The notes beneath the pieces were generated by a model, which was not told where the DNA came from, did not search any database, and saw nothing but the letters and a program-made list of their open reading frames with translations. The translations under genes and the position numbers were made by a program. Below are positions 40,913-52,185 of a stretch of 64,000 nt of DNA, piece after piece. How positions within the stretch are numbered: the first letter of the stretch is position 1; each line of letters opens with the position of its first letter. The DNA is from a bacterium (lineage in GTDB: Bacteria > Patescibacteriota > Dojkabacteria > JAKAPS01): the NCBI GenBank assembly GCA_021806925.1, contig JAKAPS010000001.1, forward strand, positions 71,040-135,039, in the 5' to 3' direction.

Positions 40913-42019
40913 TTAAAGAATAGATTTTATCACCTCTATAGCTGAAGAACCTATTCCCTTAACTTTAATTTCACCTGATACGATCTTCTCGAGACCTTCT
41001 CTGTCAGCAATATTTGCTTCCTCTAATTTTTTCCTTATACTCACAGAAAGATTACTGAATATATCTCCTTTGTTAGCTTTTTCTTCATCCTCCTGGCTTC
41101 GTATATCAATATCCCAACCAGTCAGTTTTGCTGCTAATCTTACATTTTGTCCATCTTTCCCAATAGCCAGTGATAATTGCTCATTAGGAACATAACAAAG
41201 AGCTCTGTAGCTAACATCAAATGTAGTTATAGAATAAGGTTTAGCAGGAGATAATGCATTTTTGATGTATATTGCCTGATCATCATTCCATTCAATCATA
41301 TCAATTTTTTCAGTTCCTATTTCATTCATTATTGAATCAATTCTTACACCTCTTTGACCAACACATGCACCAATTGCATCAAGTCCTTCTTTTTTTGATC
41401 TTACAGAAACCTTTGACCTTAATCCAGCCTCTCTCGCAATAGAAACAATTTCAACTTCACCAGATGCTATTTCAGGGACCTCTTGTTTAAACAATGCTTT
41501 AATAAATTCAATACTACCTCTAGATACGATCATTCTATTTTTTTCTCTATCAGATTCAAGTAAAAATACTTTAATCCTCATACCTGACCTATATCTCTCT
41601 GTAGGTATAGTTTCTGTGTATGGCATGAAAGCAATAGCTTTACCTACCTCAACAAAAACATCTGATCCCTGCATTCTCTGTACTACACCTGTCTGAAGTG
41701 TTCCAAGATCCTTGTTAAAATCTTCAAACATCATATCGTTTTCAGCATCTCTAATCTTTTGTTGTATAACCTGCTTTGCACTCTGAGCAGCTATTCTCCC
41801 TAGATCAACATCTGTTTTCTTTCCGTTTATATACAATGTTGGGATACCAATTTCTCTATCTATAACAACCTTTATACTACTCTCATCAATATTTGGTGAA
41901 AGTTTCATATACGCTGTTTTTATTGATTCTTCAAGAGCTGAAAGCACTACTTCAACTTGTATACCATGCTCAAATGCTATTTGATTAACCGCTAATATAA
42001 ATTCTGATTGCTGTGCCAT
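40913..42019 (-). CDS. nusA: Transcription factor NusA
   Basis: GRIAAQSAKQVI, EVPEI, AREAGLRSK, GACVGQRGVRI, LAIGKDGQNVRLAAKLTGW. Confidence 0.97.
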   Translation of the reverse strand: MAQQSEFILAVNQIAFEHGIQVEVVLSALEESIKTAYMKLSPNIDESSIKVVIDREIGIPTLYINGKKTDVDLGRIAAQSAKQVIQQKIRDAENDMMFEDFNKDLGTLQTGVVQRMQGSDVFVEVGKAIAFMPYTETIPTERYRSGMRIKVFLLESDREKNRMIVSRGSIEFIKALFKQEVPEIASGEVEIVSIAREAGLRSKVSVRSKKEGLDAIGACVGQRGVRIDSIMNEIGTEKIDMIEWNDDQAIYIKNALSPAKPYSITTFDVSYRALCYVPNEQLSLAIGKDGQNVRLAAKLTGWDIDIRSQEDEEKANKGDIFSNLSVSIRKKLEEANIADREGLEKIVSGEIKVKGIGSSAIEVIKSIL

Positions 42020-42104
42020 AGTTTTATCAAACTGATTTTATCAGTAAATAAAGAAAATCTCAACCTTTATATATATAACCTGTACAAAGGAACACATATA
42101 CACG

Positions 42105-43169
42105 TTAAAGCATTTCCCAAATTCTTTTTTCTTCTCGTGATAATCTTGTTGGAATTACTATTCTAACGACTACAATTTCGTCCCCCCTCATACCTTCTTG
42201 AGTTATAACCCCTTTACCTCTTATCCTTATTTTATCACCATTCTGTATCCCAGATTTTATTGATATAGTTTCATTTCCCCATGGAGTTGGTACTGATATA
42301 TCCTTACCCAAAACTGCAATTTGCGGTAATATATCCAGGTTATACACTAAATCATACCCTTCCCTAATATATGTATTAGACTTACTTATTGATATGATTA
42401 CATATAGGTCACCGCTAACTCCACCAGCTCCGCCTGATTCACCAAAACCTTTATACCTTATTTTACTTTCATCTTTAATACCCTTTGGAATTGTAACAAT
42501 TAAACTTCTATTTCCTCTAACTCTACCTTCACCCCTACAGTATAAACACTGATTCTTAATAACTTTTCCTCTTCCTTTACAATCTGGACACACTGATTGT
42601 GTCTGCATTGCACCAAGAATAGTTCTTCTTGTTGTAATAATTACTCCAGATCCTGAGCATCTGCTACACACATTTTCCTTACCATCACTACTTCCACTTC
42701 CTTTACAATGTTCACAATCAATCACTGTACTAAATGATACATTTTTCTCAGTACCATATATTGATTCTTCAAATGTTATTCTTAAATCATATGATAAATC
42801 CCTTCCAACAGGTTGCCTGTATGTATTTCCCCCTCTTTTATTACCATTAAAACCGCCAGAAAACATATCAAATATATCCTCCATATTTCCAAATCCGAAA
42901 TCTGAAAAATCACCTTGATAAGTCCCTCTACCCTGCCCAGCTCCGGAAGAAGAAGAAAAATCTGTTGTTCCAAATGTATCATATTGTTTACGCTTCTGAG
43001 GATCTGAAAGGGTACTATATGCCTCATTTATTTCTTTGAATTTTTCTGTTGCGTCACTTGATGAATTCTTGTCAGGATGATACTTTCCAGCTAATTTTCT
43101 AAATGCCCTTTTTATCTCCATATCACTTGCATTTTTTTCTACTCCAAGAATTTTATAATAGTCTTTCAT
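42105..43169 (-). CDS. dnaJ: Chaperone DnaJ
   Basis: J domain with HPD, G/F region, four CxxCxGxG repeats. Confidence 0.96.
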   Translation of the reverse strand: MKDYYKILGVEKNASDMEIKRAFRKLAGKYHPDKNSSSDATEKFKEINEAYSTLSDPQKRKQYDTFGTTDFSSSSGAGQGRGTYQGDFSDFGFGNMEDIFDMFSGGFNGNKRGGNTYRQPVGRDLSYDLRITFEESIYGTEKNVSFSTVIDCEHCKGSGSSDGKENVCSRCSGSGVIITTRRTILGAMQTQSVCPDCKGRGKVIKNQCLYCRGEGRVRGNRSLIVTIPKGIKDESKIRYKGFGESGGAGGVSGDLYVIISISKSNTYIREGYDLVYNLDILPQIAVLGKDISVPTPWGNETISIKSGIQNGDKIRIRGKGVITQEGMRGDEIVVVRIVIPTRLSREEKRIWEML

Positions 43170-43202
43170 ATTTCTAGCAATTACGTTTTTAACCTGCTAA
43201 GA

Positions 43203-43327
43203 ATTATATCCTAAACAGTTAACTTCTTCAATATACAATTTATATGATTGTACAAAAGTAGTGATAAAAATTAAGGATATAAATAGATTTTTAAGTAAAT
43301 AGTATCCTTATACTTATATACTGTCAA
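43203..43327 (-). promoter_or_regulatory. Two tandem sigma70 promoters upstream of dnaJ
   Basis: TTGAAG-17nt-TATAAT (43231-43203) and TTGACA-17nt-TACTAT (43327-43299); no CIRCE seen. Confidence 0.55.
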
Positions 43328-43526
43328 GTATTATACTTTGAAGTATATAAAATAGAGAAGTAGTAGATACTGCGTGGGTCTGGTAAATAGAAATTTCTAC
43401 TAAATGCTTAAATTCTTACAAGGATTCAGAGTCTAGCGCTAAACTCCTACAATCATATCTATTTTATAACATAAAAATATAGCCTTTATATTCCAGTAAG
43501 TACTAAATTGTGTATAATAAACATGA

Positions 43527-44261
43527 ATGGAACGTCTATTCTATTACAAAAGTGTAAAACATTTTAGAGAGTATAAAGGAAAAGGTTTGCTTGATAGATT
43601 AAACACAAAAAAGAAAATTGGAATTCTTTTGCTATTCATATCGATTTGTATTATTGGATATATAGTGTCTAGTATTTTTTTGCTTACTAATGGAAATACA
43701 GATATACTTCCGGTCCCTAATTCTGTCATATATCAATATATTAATTCTATAAATAAGAATAATGATAATAATTTAGGAATAGAAAAGTACCTTAGCACAA
43801 ATAAATCTTACAAATCAAATATATCTTCATATACATTAAATTTTCCATCTCTCAATGTATCAGGAATAAAGGTTACAACAAATGTTCCCTTAATTCCAAG
43901 TGTATATGAAAATAAACTTGAATCATCAACTGTTCAATATCAAGGTACAGCTCAGATTGGAACAACAGGTAATACTTTTGTTTATGGTCACTCTTCTCCA
44001 GTATGGTTTCATTCTCTATTTCCATCATCGTATGAAGGTATATTTACAAGTCTTTTCTCATTAAAAGTCGGTGACCCTATAACAGCTAACGTAAACAATC
44101 AAACTTTTTCATATATAATAGAATCAATATACACTATTAAACAAACAGATTTCAGTCAGATAAATTCAATTCCGTCTGAAAGTACATTAACATTGATGAC
44201 TTGCTCTCCTCCTGGTGTAGATAATATGAGACTTATTGTGCGAGCAGTAAAAGTAGATTAG
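43527..44261 (+). CDS. Sortase
   Basis: N-terminal TM, GNTFVYGHSS, LTLMTC, RLIVRA (His/Cys/Arg triad). Confidence 0.9.
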   Translation: MERLFYYKSVKHFREYKGKGLLDRLNTKKKIGILLLFISICIIGYIVSSIFLLTNGNTDILPVPNSVIYQYINSINKNNDNNLGIEKYLSTNKSYKSNISSYTLNFPSLNVSGIKVTTNVPLIPSVYENKLESSTVQYQGTAQIGTTGNTFVYGHSSPVWFHSLFPSSYEGIFTSLFSLKVGDPITANVNNQTFSYIIESIYTIKQTDFSQINSIPSESTLTLMTCSPPGVDNMRLIVRAVKVD

Positions 44262-44275
44262 AATATACATAACAT

Positions 44276-45538
44276 ATGACAAAATTAAAATTAATAATAT
44301 CAGGAGTGATAACAGGAATAATCATTGCAGTTATTATTGCTATTGCTCTTGTTATATATATTAATAACTCTAAAGCTTCTAGTCAGCACATATCCTTAAA
44401 CATTTATGGATACACATATACTCAAGCAGAATTGCAACCATTAATTACACAGTTTGAAAATAGTTACCCAAATGTAACAGTTAACTACACTCAAATAACT
44501 GGAACTGATCCAATAAATTATCAACTAAATAAATTAGCTAATAATAATTCAATAGACATATATGAATCTTCTAACACTAACGAAGACTATTTTTTAAAAT
44601 ATTCATCTGTTAATCCATATTTTTCTACAAGTGCGTTCAAACAAAATTTTTTCCCTTTAGTATATAGAGGAATGACAGTTCTAAATAATGGAGTTCTTGG
44701 AATCCCAATAAGTATGAACCCAATTGTAATCGTGTATAAGACAAATGTTCTAAACAGTACAGGAGTACAGATTTCATCAATTACTAGTTCATTTAATTCA
44801 TTTAATAACATGATGAATTTTCTAACAAATAAGTATGGTGCTTCAGCAATTGATATAACATCATCAAACTATAACCCTATAGCTGGAGATGTATTGCAGT
44901 TGTTCATAATGGAGGAGGGAACGCCAATGAATGTTACATCCTCTCCATTTGAAGCAAATATATCTACAGATGCAGGTAATAACGCAGTTAATTATTATTC
45001 TTCATTTCTAACTTCAGGTATTTTTGATGACCTGTATACTTCAAGTGTAAAATTGAACTATATTGATGCTTTATTAAAAAACAAAGTTCTATTTGATTTT
45101 ATGTACTATAATGATTACATTAAATTACAAGCACAGTACCCAAATGATAATTTTGATTTTTCAATATATCCTGCAATAAATACACCTGTAGATATAGCTT
45201 CATATAACTATTTCGGTGTTAATAAAAACTCACAGGAGTCATCAATGGCATGGAAATTCGTTGATTTTCTTGGAAGTAGCTCATCTGTTAATATACTCAA
45301 TTCTGAATTAAATAATGTATTAATACCAGTAAATAAAAACGCGAATGTTCCAAATAACAATTCTGATATAAAAACATTACAAAATATATCTTCAGACTGG
45401 AATATTCCAGGTAGTAGTTACACACTTAATAAATTTAATTCAATCGTAGATAACTTACCACAATCAAATGAATTAAGTAATGTACAAAACAACCTAAATT
45501 CTAAGATGTTAACAACGTTACAAGGACAATATCCTTAA
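44276..45538 (+). CDS. Membrane-anchored sugar-type ABC solute-binding protein (orphan)
   Basis: LITQFENSYPNVTVNY, GIPISMNPIVIVY, GVNKNS..MAWKFVDFL. Confidence 0.75.
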   Translation: MTKLKLIISGVITGIIIAVIIAIALVIYINNSKASSQHISLNIYGYTYTQAELQPLITQFENSYPNVTVNYTQITGTDPINYQLNKLANNNSIDIYESSNTNEDYFLKYSSVNPYFSTSAFKQNFFPLVYRGMTVLNNGVLGIPISMNPIVIVYKTNVLNSTGVQISSITSSFNSFNNMMNFLTNKYGASAIDITSSNYNPIAGDVLQLFIMEEGTPMNVTSSPFEANISTDAGNNAVNYYSSFLTSGIFDDLYTSSVKLNYIDALLKNKVLFDFMYYNDYIKLQAQYPNDNFDFSIYPAINTPVDIASYNYFGVNKNSQESSMAWKFVDFLGSSSSVNILNSELNNVLIPVNKNANVPNNNSDIKTLQNISSDWNIPGSSYTLNKFNSIVDNLPQSNELSNVQNNLNSKMLTTLQGQYP

Positions 45539-46386
45539 ACTTTAGGCTTTCTTTTTAAAATCTTAAAAAGCAAAAATATTGACGCTATTGCTGTTAATAA
45601 TAATATAAGTGCAATCAATTCATTATTAAAAGATAAAAAACCAACTGAACCATATCCATTTGAGAAATTAATCTTTGAATTGTAAGTACCATATTTCATA
45701 ATGAATACATGATTGCCAATAGGAAGACTTTGATCATTATAGAAGAACTTTATTCCTTCTGGAGTTTGTGATAGGTTTATGTAGCTGTTTATATTTTTTC
45801 CATCTAAAAGAAATTCAAATTCTCCTATATTCACATTGTTCTGATATATGAAATCACCCTGAAAGATAATACTGTTTCCCTGAATTCTAACATTGTTTTT
45901 TGGTGATATATTTTGAAATCCATCTGATATAACACTAAAATCACTTCCTATTGAAGCAGTAGACGTTGGAGTTAGTGTCGGAGTTGGAGTCGAGGTTTCT
46001 TTAACTATACCTGTGGTTGTGGTTGGAGTAACTGATATACTTGCTCCTGGACTGACATTACTTGAAGACACAGTAATACCAAAATTTTGTGTTTCAATTA
46101 CATTACCTCCATTTTCAAGAGCTATACTTACAGTATTACTGTTTCCAGAGTTGGTTGGTATTCCAGATAAAACATTATTCTTATTTAATTTCAACCAACT
46201 TGGCGAAGATAAAACGACTAAAGTTGCATTACCCCCGTAGTATGTAACATCATATGTATATTGAATCCCTACCGTTGCATAGAATACAGGAGAAGAAGTG
46301 AAGTACGATGAATCAGCGTATACATTCCCTTCTTGAAGAAAAAACATTAGCACAAGGAATGAAATTATATGCAATAAATTTTTCAC
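45535..46386 (-). CDS. Secreted Ig-like (He_PIG-type) protein with PT linker and C-terminal TM
   Basis: Signal peptide, FTSSPVFYATVGIQYTY, PSWLKL..LSGIP, TPTPTLTPT, TM plus KRKPKV. Confidence 0.7.
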   Translation of the reverse strand: MKNLLHIISFLVLMFFLQEGNVYADSSYFTSSPVFYATVGIQYTYDVTYYGGNATLVVLSSPSWLKLNKNNVLSGIPTNSGNSNTVSIALENGGNVIETQNFGITVSSSNVSPGASISVTPTTTTGIVKETSTPTPTLTPTSTASIGSDFSVISDGFQNISPKNNVRIQGNSIIFQGDFIYQNNVNIGEFEFLLDGKNINSYINLSQTPEGIKFFYNDQSLPIGNHVFIMKYGTYNSKINFSNGYGSVGFLSFNNELIALILLLTAIASIFLLFKILKRKPKV

Positions 46387-46520
46387 CTTTATTATAGGTA
46401 TATATCATGAGGAAGGTTGGATTGTCAATTACATAACTTGACAGATATATTTTATGTAGTAATATGTTTTTACTATTATAAATAAAGGCTATAAAGAAAA
46501 TAAACAATATACAATAACAT

Positions 46521-48635
46521 CTAAAATATTGACCCAATAAAACTAAAAACTCCTTTGAAGAAAGAACCAATTGATGAAGTAAATAAATTAGAACTTGAAT
46601 TTGATTGTGTCGTTTGTTTTGAAGTTACACTTACATTGCTATTGTTTATTTTATTTAACTGTGTACTTTCCTGTTGAACTTGAGTAGTATGAATATTGTT
46701 TGCTGGCTTTGTATTTTTAGGCATTATATAAAAATTAATGGCAGGTATACTAGATGTAGGAAATGTAATATCATATTCAGACTTTGTATTAGGAACATAC
46801 GTCATTCCATTAGGTAGAACCATAATAAAAGATTGATCTCCAGGGTCAATACCATTTATGGTAAAAGATCCATCACTCCCAGTTACGGCACTTCTAGCAT
46901 AATTTACAACAGATACTCCACTTACACCTACCCACGATGATCCAGATTGCTCAAAAACATGCCCTGAAGCATTGAATACTCTAGTTGGAATAAGTTGAAA
47001 ATCTGGTATTGCAGGACTTGGGTTAGAATCTCCGACGGTAACAGTATATGATGTGTGTGCACCTGGTGCAAATTTATATCCAGGTGGAACCTTGATTGTT
47101 AAAGTGTATGTACCTGCAGGGATTTTATGAAACACATATCCTCCACTATCTACAACAGTTGTTTGTCCGTCACTTACTACAACGCCACCTAAGTCGCCAA
47201 GAATATTCTTACTAGTATTTATATTAGTAACATCAACTACTCTTCCTGAGATAGTATAAGAATTACTACATGTAAGCAATGGAAGAACACTTGGTTGCAG
47301 TGGTTTCTGATTGTAATTAAGCATATCGCCTAAATCATTTGCCTGTGCATCAAATGAGGTTAATGAAGGCAGACCGAATGTAGATTCAATAAATTTTAAA
47401 ACTGAAGGCTGACTATAAAATGTATTATCAACTATACCTGACCTAGAATAAGGAGAAATCATAAGTGTTGGAACCCTAGGGCCATATTCAATCTGGCTGT
47501 TTGGCCCTTTTGGAGGGTATACATGATCATAAAAACCTCCAAAGTCATCCCAGGTTAAAACAATAGCTGAGCTATTCCACAAGCTACTATTTTTCATGAC
47601 CGCATTAATTTGGTTAACTGTATAATTTTCTCCCTGACATTCACCGTATGGCGGATGTTCACTAACATTCATTGGTTGTACTACCCAACTAACTGCTGGT
47701 AAATTTCCAGACTGTACGTCACTAATGAATTGATTATACCCAACAACATGCTGTTGCCAGTCTACACCATTTCTTATTTGATTAATTGCATCATATGTCG
47801 ACCATTGATAACCTGCCATATCTTGTGGTGGAGCATAATATTTCCATGATATTTTCTGCTCATCAAGTAAATCTGCCACAGTTTTATAATTAAAACAAGG
47901 AAAGATATGATTTTTTATTCCATTTTGCTGTATTTGCAACACCCATGTTTGTGGAGTCGAATCGCACCCCCAACGGAATCTTCCTCCTCCTGTATTTACT
48001 GGATTATCAGAAACATTGTCATCCTCTCCTCCAATTGTAAACAAGTGTGCAGGAAAACTTGGTCCAAGTATTGTAGAGAAGTAGTTATCAGCAAGAGTAA
48101 ATTCTTTTGCATATTGCCAATAATCAGGAATATCAGATTGATAATATTGACTATCTGCTACATCTACACCGTTTTGCACTGCTCCAGCAAGCAAGGAAAA
48201 TTTATCTTCCTTTCCACCATCTTCTGCTAAAACAGCCCCATCATGAGAATGATCAATATCATTAATAAGGGAATCTGGCGTATGATTAAGTTTAACTACA
48301 TTTCCCTGTGCATTTTTATATGTTGTTGCACCATTTCCTCCAGGGAACGTTCCGAATAAATTATCATATGAATGATTTTCTTTAATGATATATATTATGT
48401 GTTTTATTGGAGAAGTATTACACCATCCTCCAACTGGTTGAGGAGGATAACATCGTGGGACTCCAGTTAAGCATGAAGGCGGTGGAGTACAAGGAGAAGT
48501 AGAAGTAGATATACCTAGAATTCTGTGTATATTGGTTGTCCTAACAAATATAGTAAGAAGAAAAAGAAAAAAAATACTAATAATAACATGCGGTCTTTTA
48601 AAGAAATTTTTGGATATAAATTTTAAACGCCACAT
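46521..48635 (-). CDS. Secreted phospholipase C/acid phosphatase-family phosphoesterase with C-terminal beta-sandwich repeats
   Basis: IKHIIYIIKENHSYDNLFG, FTLADNYF, GPSFPAHL, LPAVSWV, SEHP, TWDDFGGFYDHV.PP, GPRVP. Confidence 0.9.
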   Translation of the reverse strand: MWRLKFISKNFFKRPHVIISIFFLFLLTIFVRTTNIHRILGISTSTSPCTPPPSCLTGVPRCYPPQPVGGWCNTSPIKHIIYIIKENHSYDNLFGTFPGGNGATTYKNAQGNVVKLNHTPDSLINDIDHSHDGAVLAEDGGKEDKFSLLAGAVQNGVDVADSQYYQSDIPDYWQYAKEFTLADNYFSTILGPSFPAHLFTIGGEDDNVSDNPVNTGGGRFRWGCDSTPQTWVLQIQQNGIKNHIFPCFNYKTVADLLDEQKISWKYYAPPQDMAGYQWSTYDAINQIRNGVDWQQHVVGYNQFISDVQSGNLPAVSWVVQPMNVSEHPPYGECQGENYTVNQINAVMKNSSLWNSSAIVLTWDDFGGFYDHVYPPKGPNSQIEYGPRVPTLMISPYSRSGIVDNTFYSQPSVLKFIESTFGLPSLTSFDAQANDLGDMLNYNQKPLQPSVLPLLTCSNSYTISGRVVDVTNINTSKNILGDLGGVVVSDGQTTVVDSGGYVFHKIPAGTYTLTIKVPPGYKFAPGAHTSYTVTVGDSNPSPAIPDFQLIPTRVFNASGHVFEQSGSSWVGVSGVSVVNYARSAVTGSDGSFTINGIDPGDQSFIMVLPNGMTYVPNTKSEYDITFPTSSIPAINFYIMPKNTKPANNIHTTQVQQESTQLNKINNSNVSVTSKQTTQSNSSSNLFTSSIGSFFKGVFSFIGSIF

Positions 48636-48832
48636 AATTTCTAATAAAAAAGTACCATATAATCAAAATTAGTAAAACATAAATGAAACATTTATGTCAA
48701 ATCATATGTAAAAGAATTAAAAAAATCAACAAAATATATACTGATATAATTTTTAATCCTTATACACCTGGTATATTTGAATATATTCAAACTTTGTAGC
48801 AACATAATTAATTCTGTTAATATAGTATTGAT

Positions 48833-50494
48833 ATGCTTAACGATTTTTTACTGAAAAAGGAGGTTATTACAAAGGAGCAACTTGAAGAGGTATTGTCTGT
48901 ATCAAATCAACAGCATAGCGATCCAATTGATGTGTTGATAGGGAAACAATATGTTGAACCTGTAAAGCTATTTTCATTAATTGCTGAATATTTTGGTGTT
49001 GAGTATGTCGATTTAAAGAATATTGAAATTCCAAGTGATGTAATAAAATTAATACCAAAAAGAATTGCGATAGAAAGGAAGATCATTCCATACAAGAAAG
49101 ATCCTTTTAAATTAAAGGTTGCAATGGTAAATCCTGCTGATATTCAATCAATTGAGTTCATTAAGAGGATGACTGGATATAACATTGATGCAAACTATAT
49201 ACCCGAGTCAGATTTCAGAGAATTACTAAAATACTACAGTTTGGATATAAAAGAAGAATTTAACAACCTATTAAAGAAGAATATTCAAGAAAGCAAAGCA
49301 TCTGGAAATAAGGACAGTGTTCCTGTTATCAAAATAACAGATATGATATTAAATGAGGCAATAAATGAAGAAGCGAGTGATATACATATGGAATCACTTG
49401 AATACGAAAGTATTGTAAGATTTAGAATTGATGGAATATTACATGATATTGAAATAATACCAAAAGATATTTTCAATTCAATTGTAGCAAGAATAAAGAT
49501 ACTAGCAAATTTAAAAATTGATGAACATAGATTACCTCAAGATGGAAGATTTAAGTTAACAATAAATGATAGAGGCGTATCTTTTAGAACAAGTATTATA
49601 CCTACCTTTTATGGTGAAAAGATTGTATTAAGGGTACTTGAAGAATCTGATAAAAAGTATTCACTTGAAGATTTGGGTTTTGCAAAAAGAGATTTAGATA
49701 AAGTACTTGAGAATATTAAGAAGCCACATGGAATGATATTAGTGACCGGTCCTACAGGAAGTGGAAAATCAACAACTTTAAATACAGTAATTAGTATATT
49801 AAATACTCCAGATGTAAACATAAATACAGTAGAAGATCCTATTGAATATGCAATGGCTAGAGTAAACCAAACTCAGGTTAATCCTTCTATTGGATTAACC
49901 TTCGCATCAACTCTAAGATCACTGTTAAGGCAGGATCCAAACGTAATACTAGTAGGTGAGATAAGAGATAAGGAAACAGCTGATATAGCAATTAATGCTG
50001 CAATGACAGGACACCTTCTTCTTTCAACACTCCATACAAATGACTCTGTCGGAGCTATACCAAGACTCATTGATATGCAAATCGAACCGTTCCTAATATC
50101 ATCAACATTGAATTTAATTATTGCCCAAAGACTAGTTAGAGTACTATGCCAAAGCTGTAAATTAAAAACATCTTTGTCTCAAAAGCAGATTGATGTATTA
50201 AAAGACACATTCAAAAACAATGTTAATTCTATGGAATTAATTGATAAAAACGAATTCTTTAAACCAGTTGGTTGTGATAAATGCAGAAATGGATATAGAG
50301 GTAGAATTGGAATATATGAAATAATTGAGGTTACTAATGAGATAAAAGAGTTAATAAATGAAAAAGCACCAGTAACCAGCTATATTGAAGTAGCAAAGAG
50401 AAACAATTTTAGAACAATGCAAGAAGATGGATTAGAGAAGGCATCTCTAGGAATAACATCTATTGAAGAAATATTGAGAGTAACAATGGAATAA
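48833..50494 (+). CDS. pilB: Type IV pilus assembly ATPase PilB/GspE
   Basis: ASDIHME, LPQDGR, GPTGSGKSTT, LRQDPNVILVGEIRD, TGHLLLSTLHTN, Zn-binding Cys pairs. Confidence 0.95.
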   Translation: MLNDFLLKKEVITKEQLEEVLSVSNQQHSDPIDVLIGKQYVEPVKLFSLIAEYFGVEYVDLKNIEIPSDVIKLIPKRIAIERKIIPYKKDPFKLKVAMVNPADIQSIEFIKRMTGYNIDANYIPESDFRELLKYYSLDIKEEFNNLLKKNIQESKASGNKDSVPVIKITDMILNEAINEEASDIHMESLEYESIVRFRIDGILHDIEIIPKDIFNSIVARIKILANLKIDEHRLPQDGRFKLTINDRGVSFRTSIIPTFYGEKIVLRVLEESDKKYSLEDLGFAKRDLDKVLENIKKPHGMILVTGPTGSGKSTTLNTVISILNTPDVNINTVEDPIEYAMARVNQTQVNPSIGLTFASTLRSLLRQDPNVILVGEIRDKETADIAINAAMTGHLLLSTLHTNDSVGAIPRLIDMQIEPFLISSTLNLIIAQRLVRVLCQSCKLKTSLSQKQIDVLKDTFKNNVNSMELIDKNEFFKPVGCDKCRNGYRGRIGIYEIIEVTNEIKELINEKAPVTSYIEVAKRNNFRTMQEDGLEKASLGITSIEEILRVTME

Positions 50495-50495
50495 A

Positions 50496-51722
50496 ATGGC
50501 AGATTTTAAATATACATTTACAAAAGAGAATTCATATACTATTGAATCAAATGTTGTTAAAGCGACATCGAAAGAAGAAGCAATTGGACTAATTCCACCA
50601 GGGCTAAATGTAGTAGACATAACTGAGATAAAGACAAAGAAAAACGTTTCTTTATTTTCATCTAAAAATATTAAATTAGTCGACAAGGTTCTGTTCTTTG
50701 ACCATATGTCTCAGATGATTAAAGCGGGGCTTAGTATAAATGAAACACTTGAAGCTTTAATTGATGATAACGAGAATGAATATTTTAAATCAGTTATTAA
50801 AGACATAAAGTATGAGATTGAAGCTGGAGGGACATTTTCAAAAGCAATGAGTAAATACCCAAAAGTATTCTCAACACTTGAAGTGAAAATGATTGAAGTT
50901 GGAGAAATTACTGGAACACTTGAAGAGACTGCATATCAAATATCTATTCAGTCAAAAAAAGATTTTGAGCTAAGGAGTAAAATAAAAGGTGCATTGATAT
51001 ATCCAGAAATATTGTCAAGTATCATGGTACTTGCTGGTGTTGGATTAATTGTATTTGTTGTTCCTCAATTAAAAACATTTTTCATGCAGGCAAATATGCA
51101 GCTACCAATAACAACTCAAATATTAATTGATATAAGCACAATAATAACTGGATATTGGTATTTATTTGTTTTGGCAATCGCCTTAATTATATTTTTCTTT
51201 CCAAGACTTAAAAAAAACAAAGAGTTTGCAAATGGTCTTGACTGGGTCATACTAAGGACACCTATAATAGGAGAAATAACAAAAAAACTATCCCTTGCCA
51301 TATTTACAAGAACATTAGGTTCATTGCTAAAGTCAGGAGTTTCAGTAAATAAATCTATTGAGCTTACAGCCACAAGTATACCTAATTCTATTTATAGGTC
51401 TGCAGTTCTTGGTTTTACTCATGATATAGAAGAAGGAGTTCCATTGTATAAACTAATGGAAAAAAGAACTGATATATTCACGAATCTTTCAATAAGGATG
51501 GCTTTTGTAGGTGATAAAACTGGAAATCTTCCAGATATGCTTATAAATATCGCTGATTTTTATCAAAACCAAGTGAATGATACATTGTCAAATATATCTA
51601 CAATTATTGAACCTGTAATGCTGTTCATTATGGGAGGAGCCACACTTTTTATTGCATTAAGTGTTATTTTACCAATATATCAATTAACAAGTGGAATATC
51701 TGGAATGCAACCTGCTAAATAG
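50496..51722 (+). CDS. pilC: Type IV pilus platform protein PilC/GspF
   Basis: MIKAGL, GEITGTL, KIKGALIYP, LLKSGV, IIEP, LPIY. Confidence 0.93.
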   Translation: MADFKYTFTKENSYTIESNVVKATSKEEAIGLIPPGLNVVDITEIKTKKNVSLFSSKNIKLVDKVLFFDHMSQMIKAGLSINETLEALIDDNENEYFKSVIKDIKYEIEAGGTFSKAMSKYPKVFSTLEVKMIEVGEITGTLEETAYQISIQSKKDFELRSKIKGALIYPEILSSIMVLAGVGLIVFVVPQLKTFFMQANMQLPITTQILIDISTIITGYWYLFVLAIALIIFFFPRLKKNKEFANGLDWVILRTPIIGEITKKLSLAIFTRTLGSLLKSGVSVNKSIELTATSIPNSIYRSAVLGFTHDIEEGVPLYKLMEKRTDIFTNLSIRMAFVGDKTGNLPDMLINIADFYQNQVNDTLSNISTIIEPVMLFIMGGATLFIALSVILPIYQLTSGISGMQPAK

Positions 51723-52185
51723 GGAAAGATGTAAGATAAAAAGAAGAGGGTTCACCTTAATTGAGATACTTATTGTTATTGCAATAAGTGTTATTATTCT
51801 ATCAATAAGTATTCCGTCTATGGGTGAGCTTCTCTTCGTTTTTCAGCTTAATTCCTCACTTAATCAAACAGTATTTGAATTAGTAAAAGCAAGAGACCTT
51901 GCAATACAGAATTATAACGGAAACGAATATATTTCTGTATATATAGATAATAATTCGATTGAATTAATAAATGGAAATTCAATAAATGGAACATCAATAG
52001 AGAATATACCTTTAAGTTACGGAGTATCTATAACAGCAACCCCTAACTTTTTCTATTTTAGTGACATAACAGGCAATTGCTCAGCTCAATCAAATATTAA
52101 ACTTACAGCAGTAAATAAGGCTACTGACTTAATTTCTCTAAACACATTAGGAGCTATAAATGTAACATATAACTATGCACAATAA
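51691..52185 (+). CDS. Type IV minor pilin (FimT/FimU-like)
   Basis: Prepilin motif RG/FTLIEILIVI; start codon uncertain. Confidence 0.85.
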   Translation: MEYLECNLLNRERCKIKRRGFTLIEILIVIAISVIILSISIPSMGELLFVFQLNSSLNQTVFELVKARDLAIQNYNGNEYISVYIDNNSIELINGNSINGTSIENIPLSYGVSITATPNFFYFSDITGNCSAQSNIKLTAVNKATDLISLNTLGAINVTYNYAQ

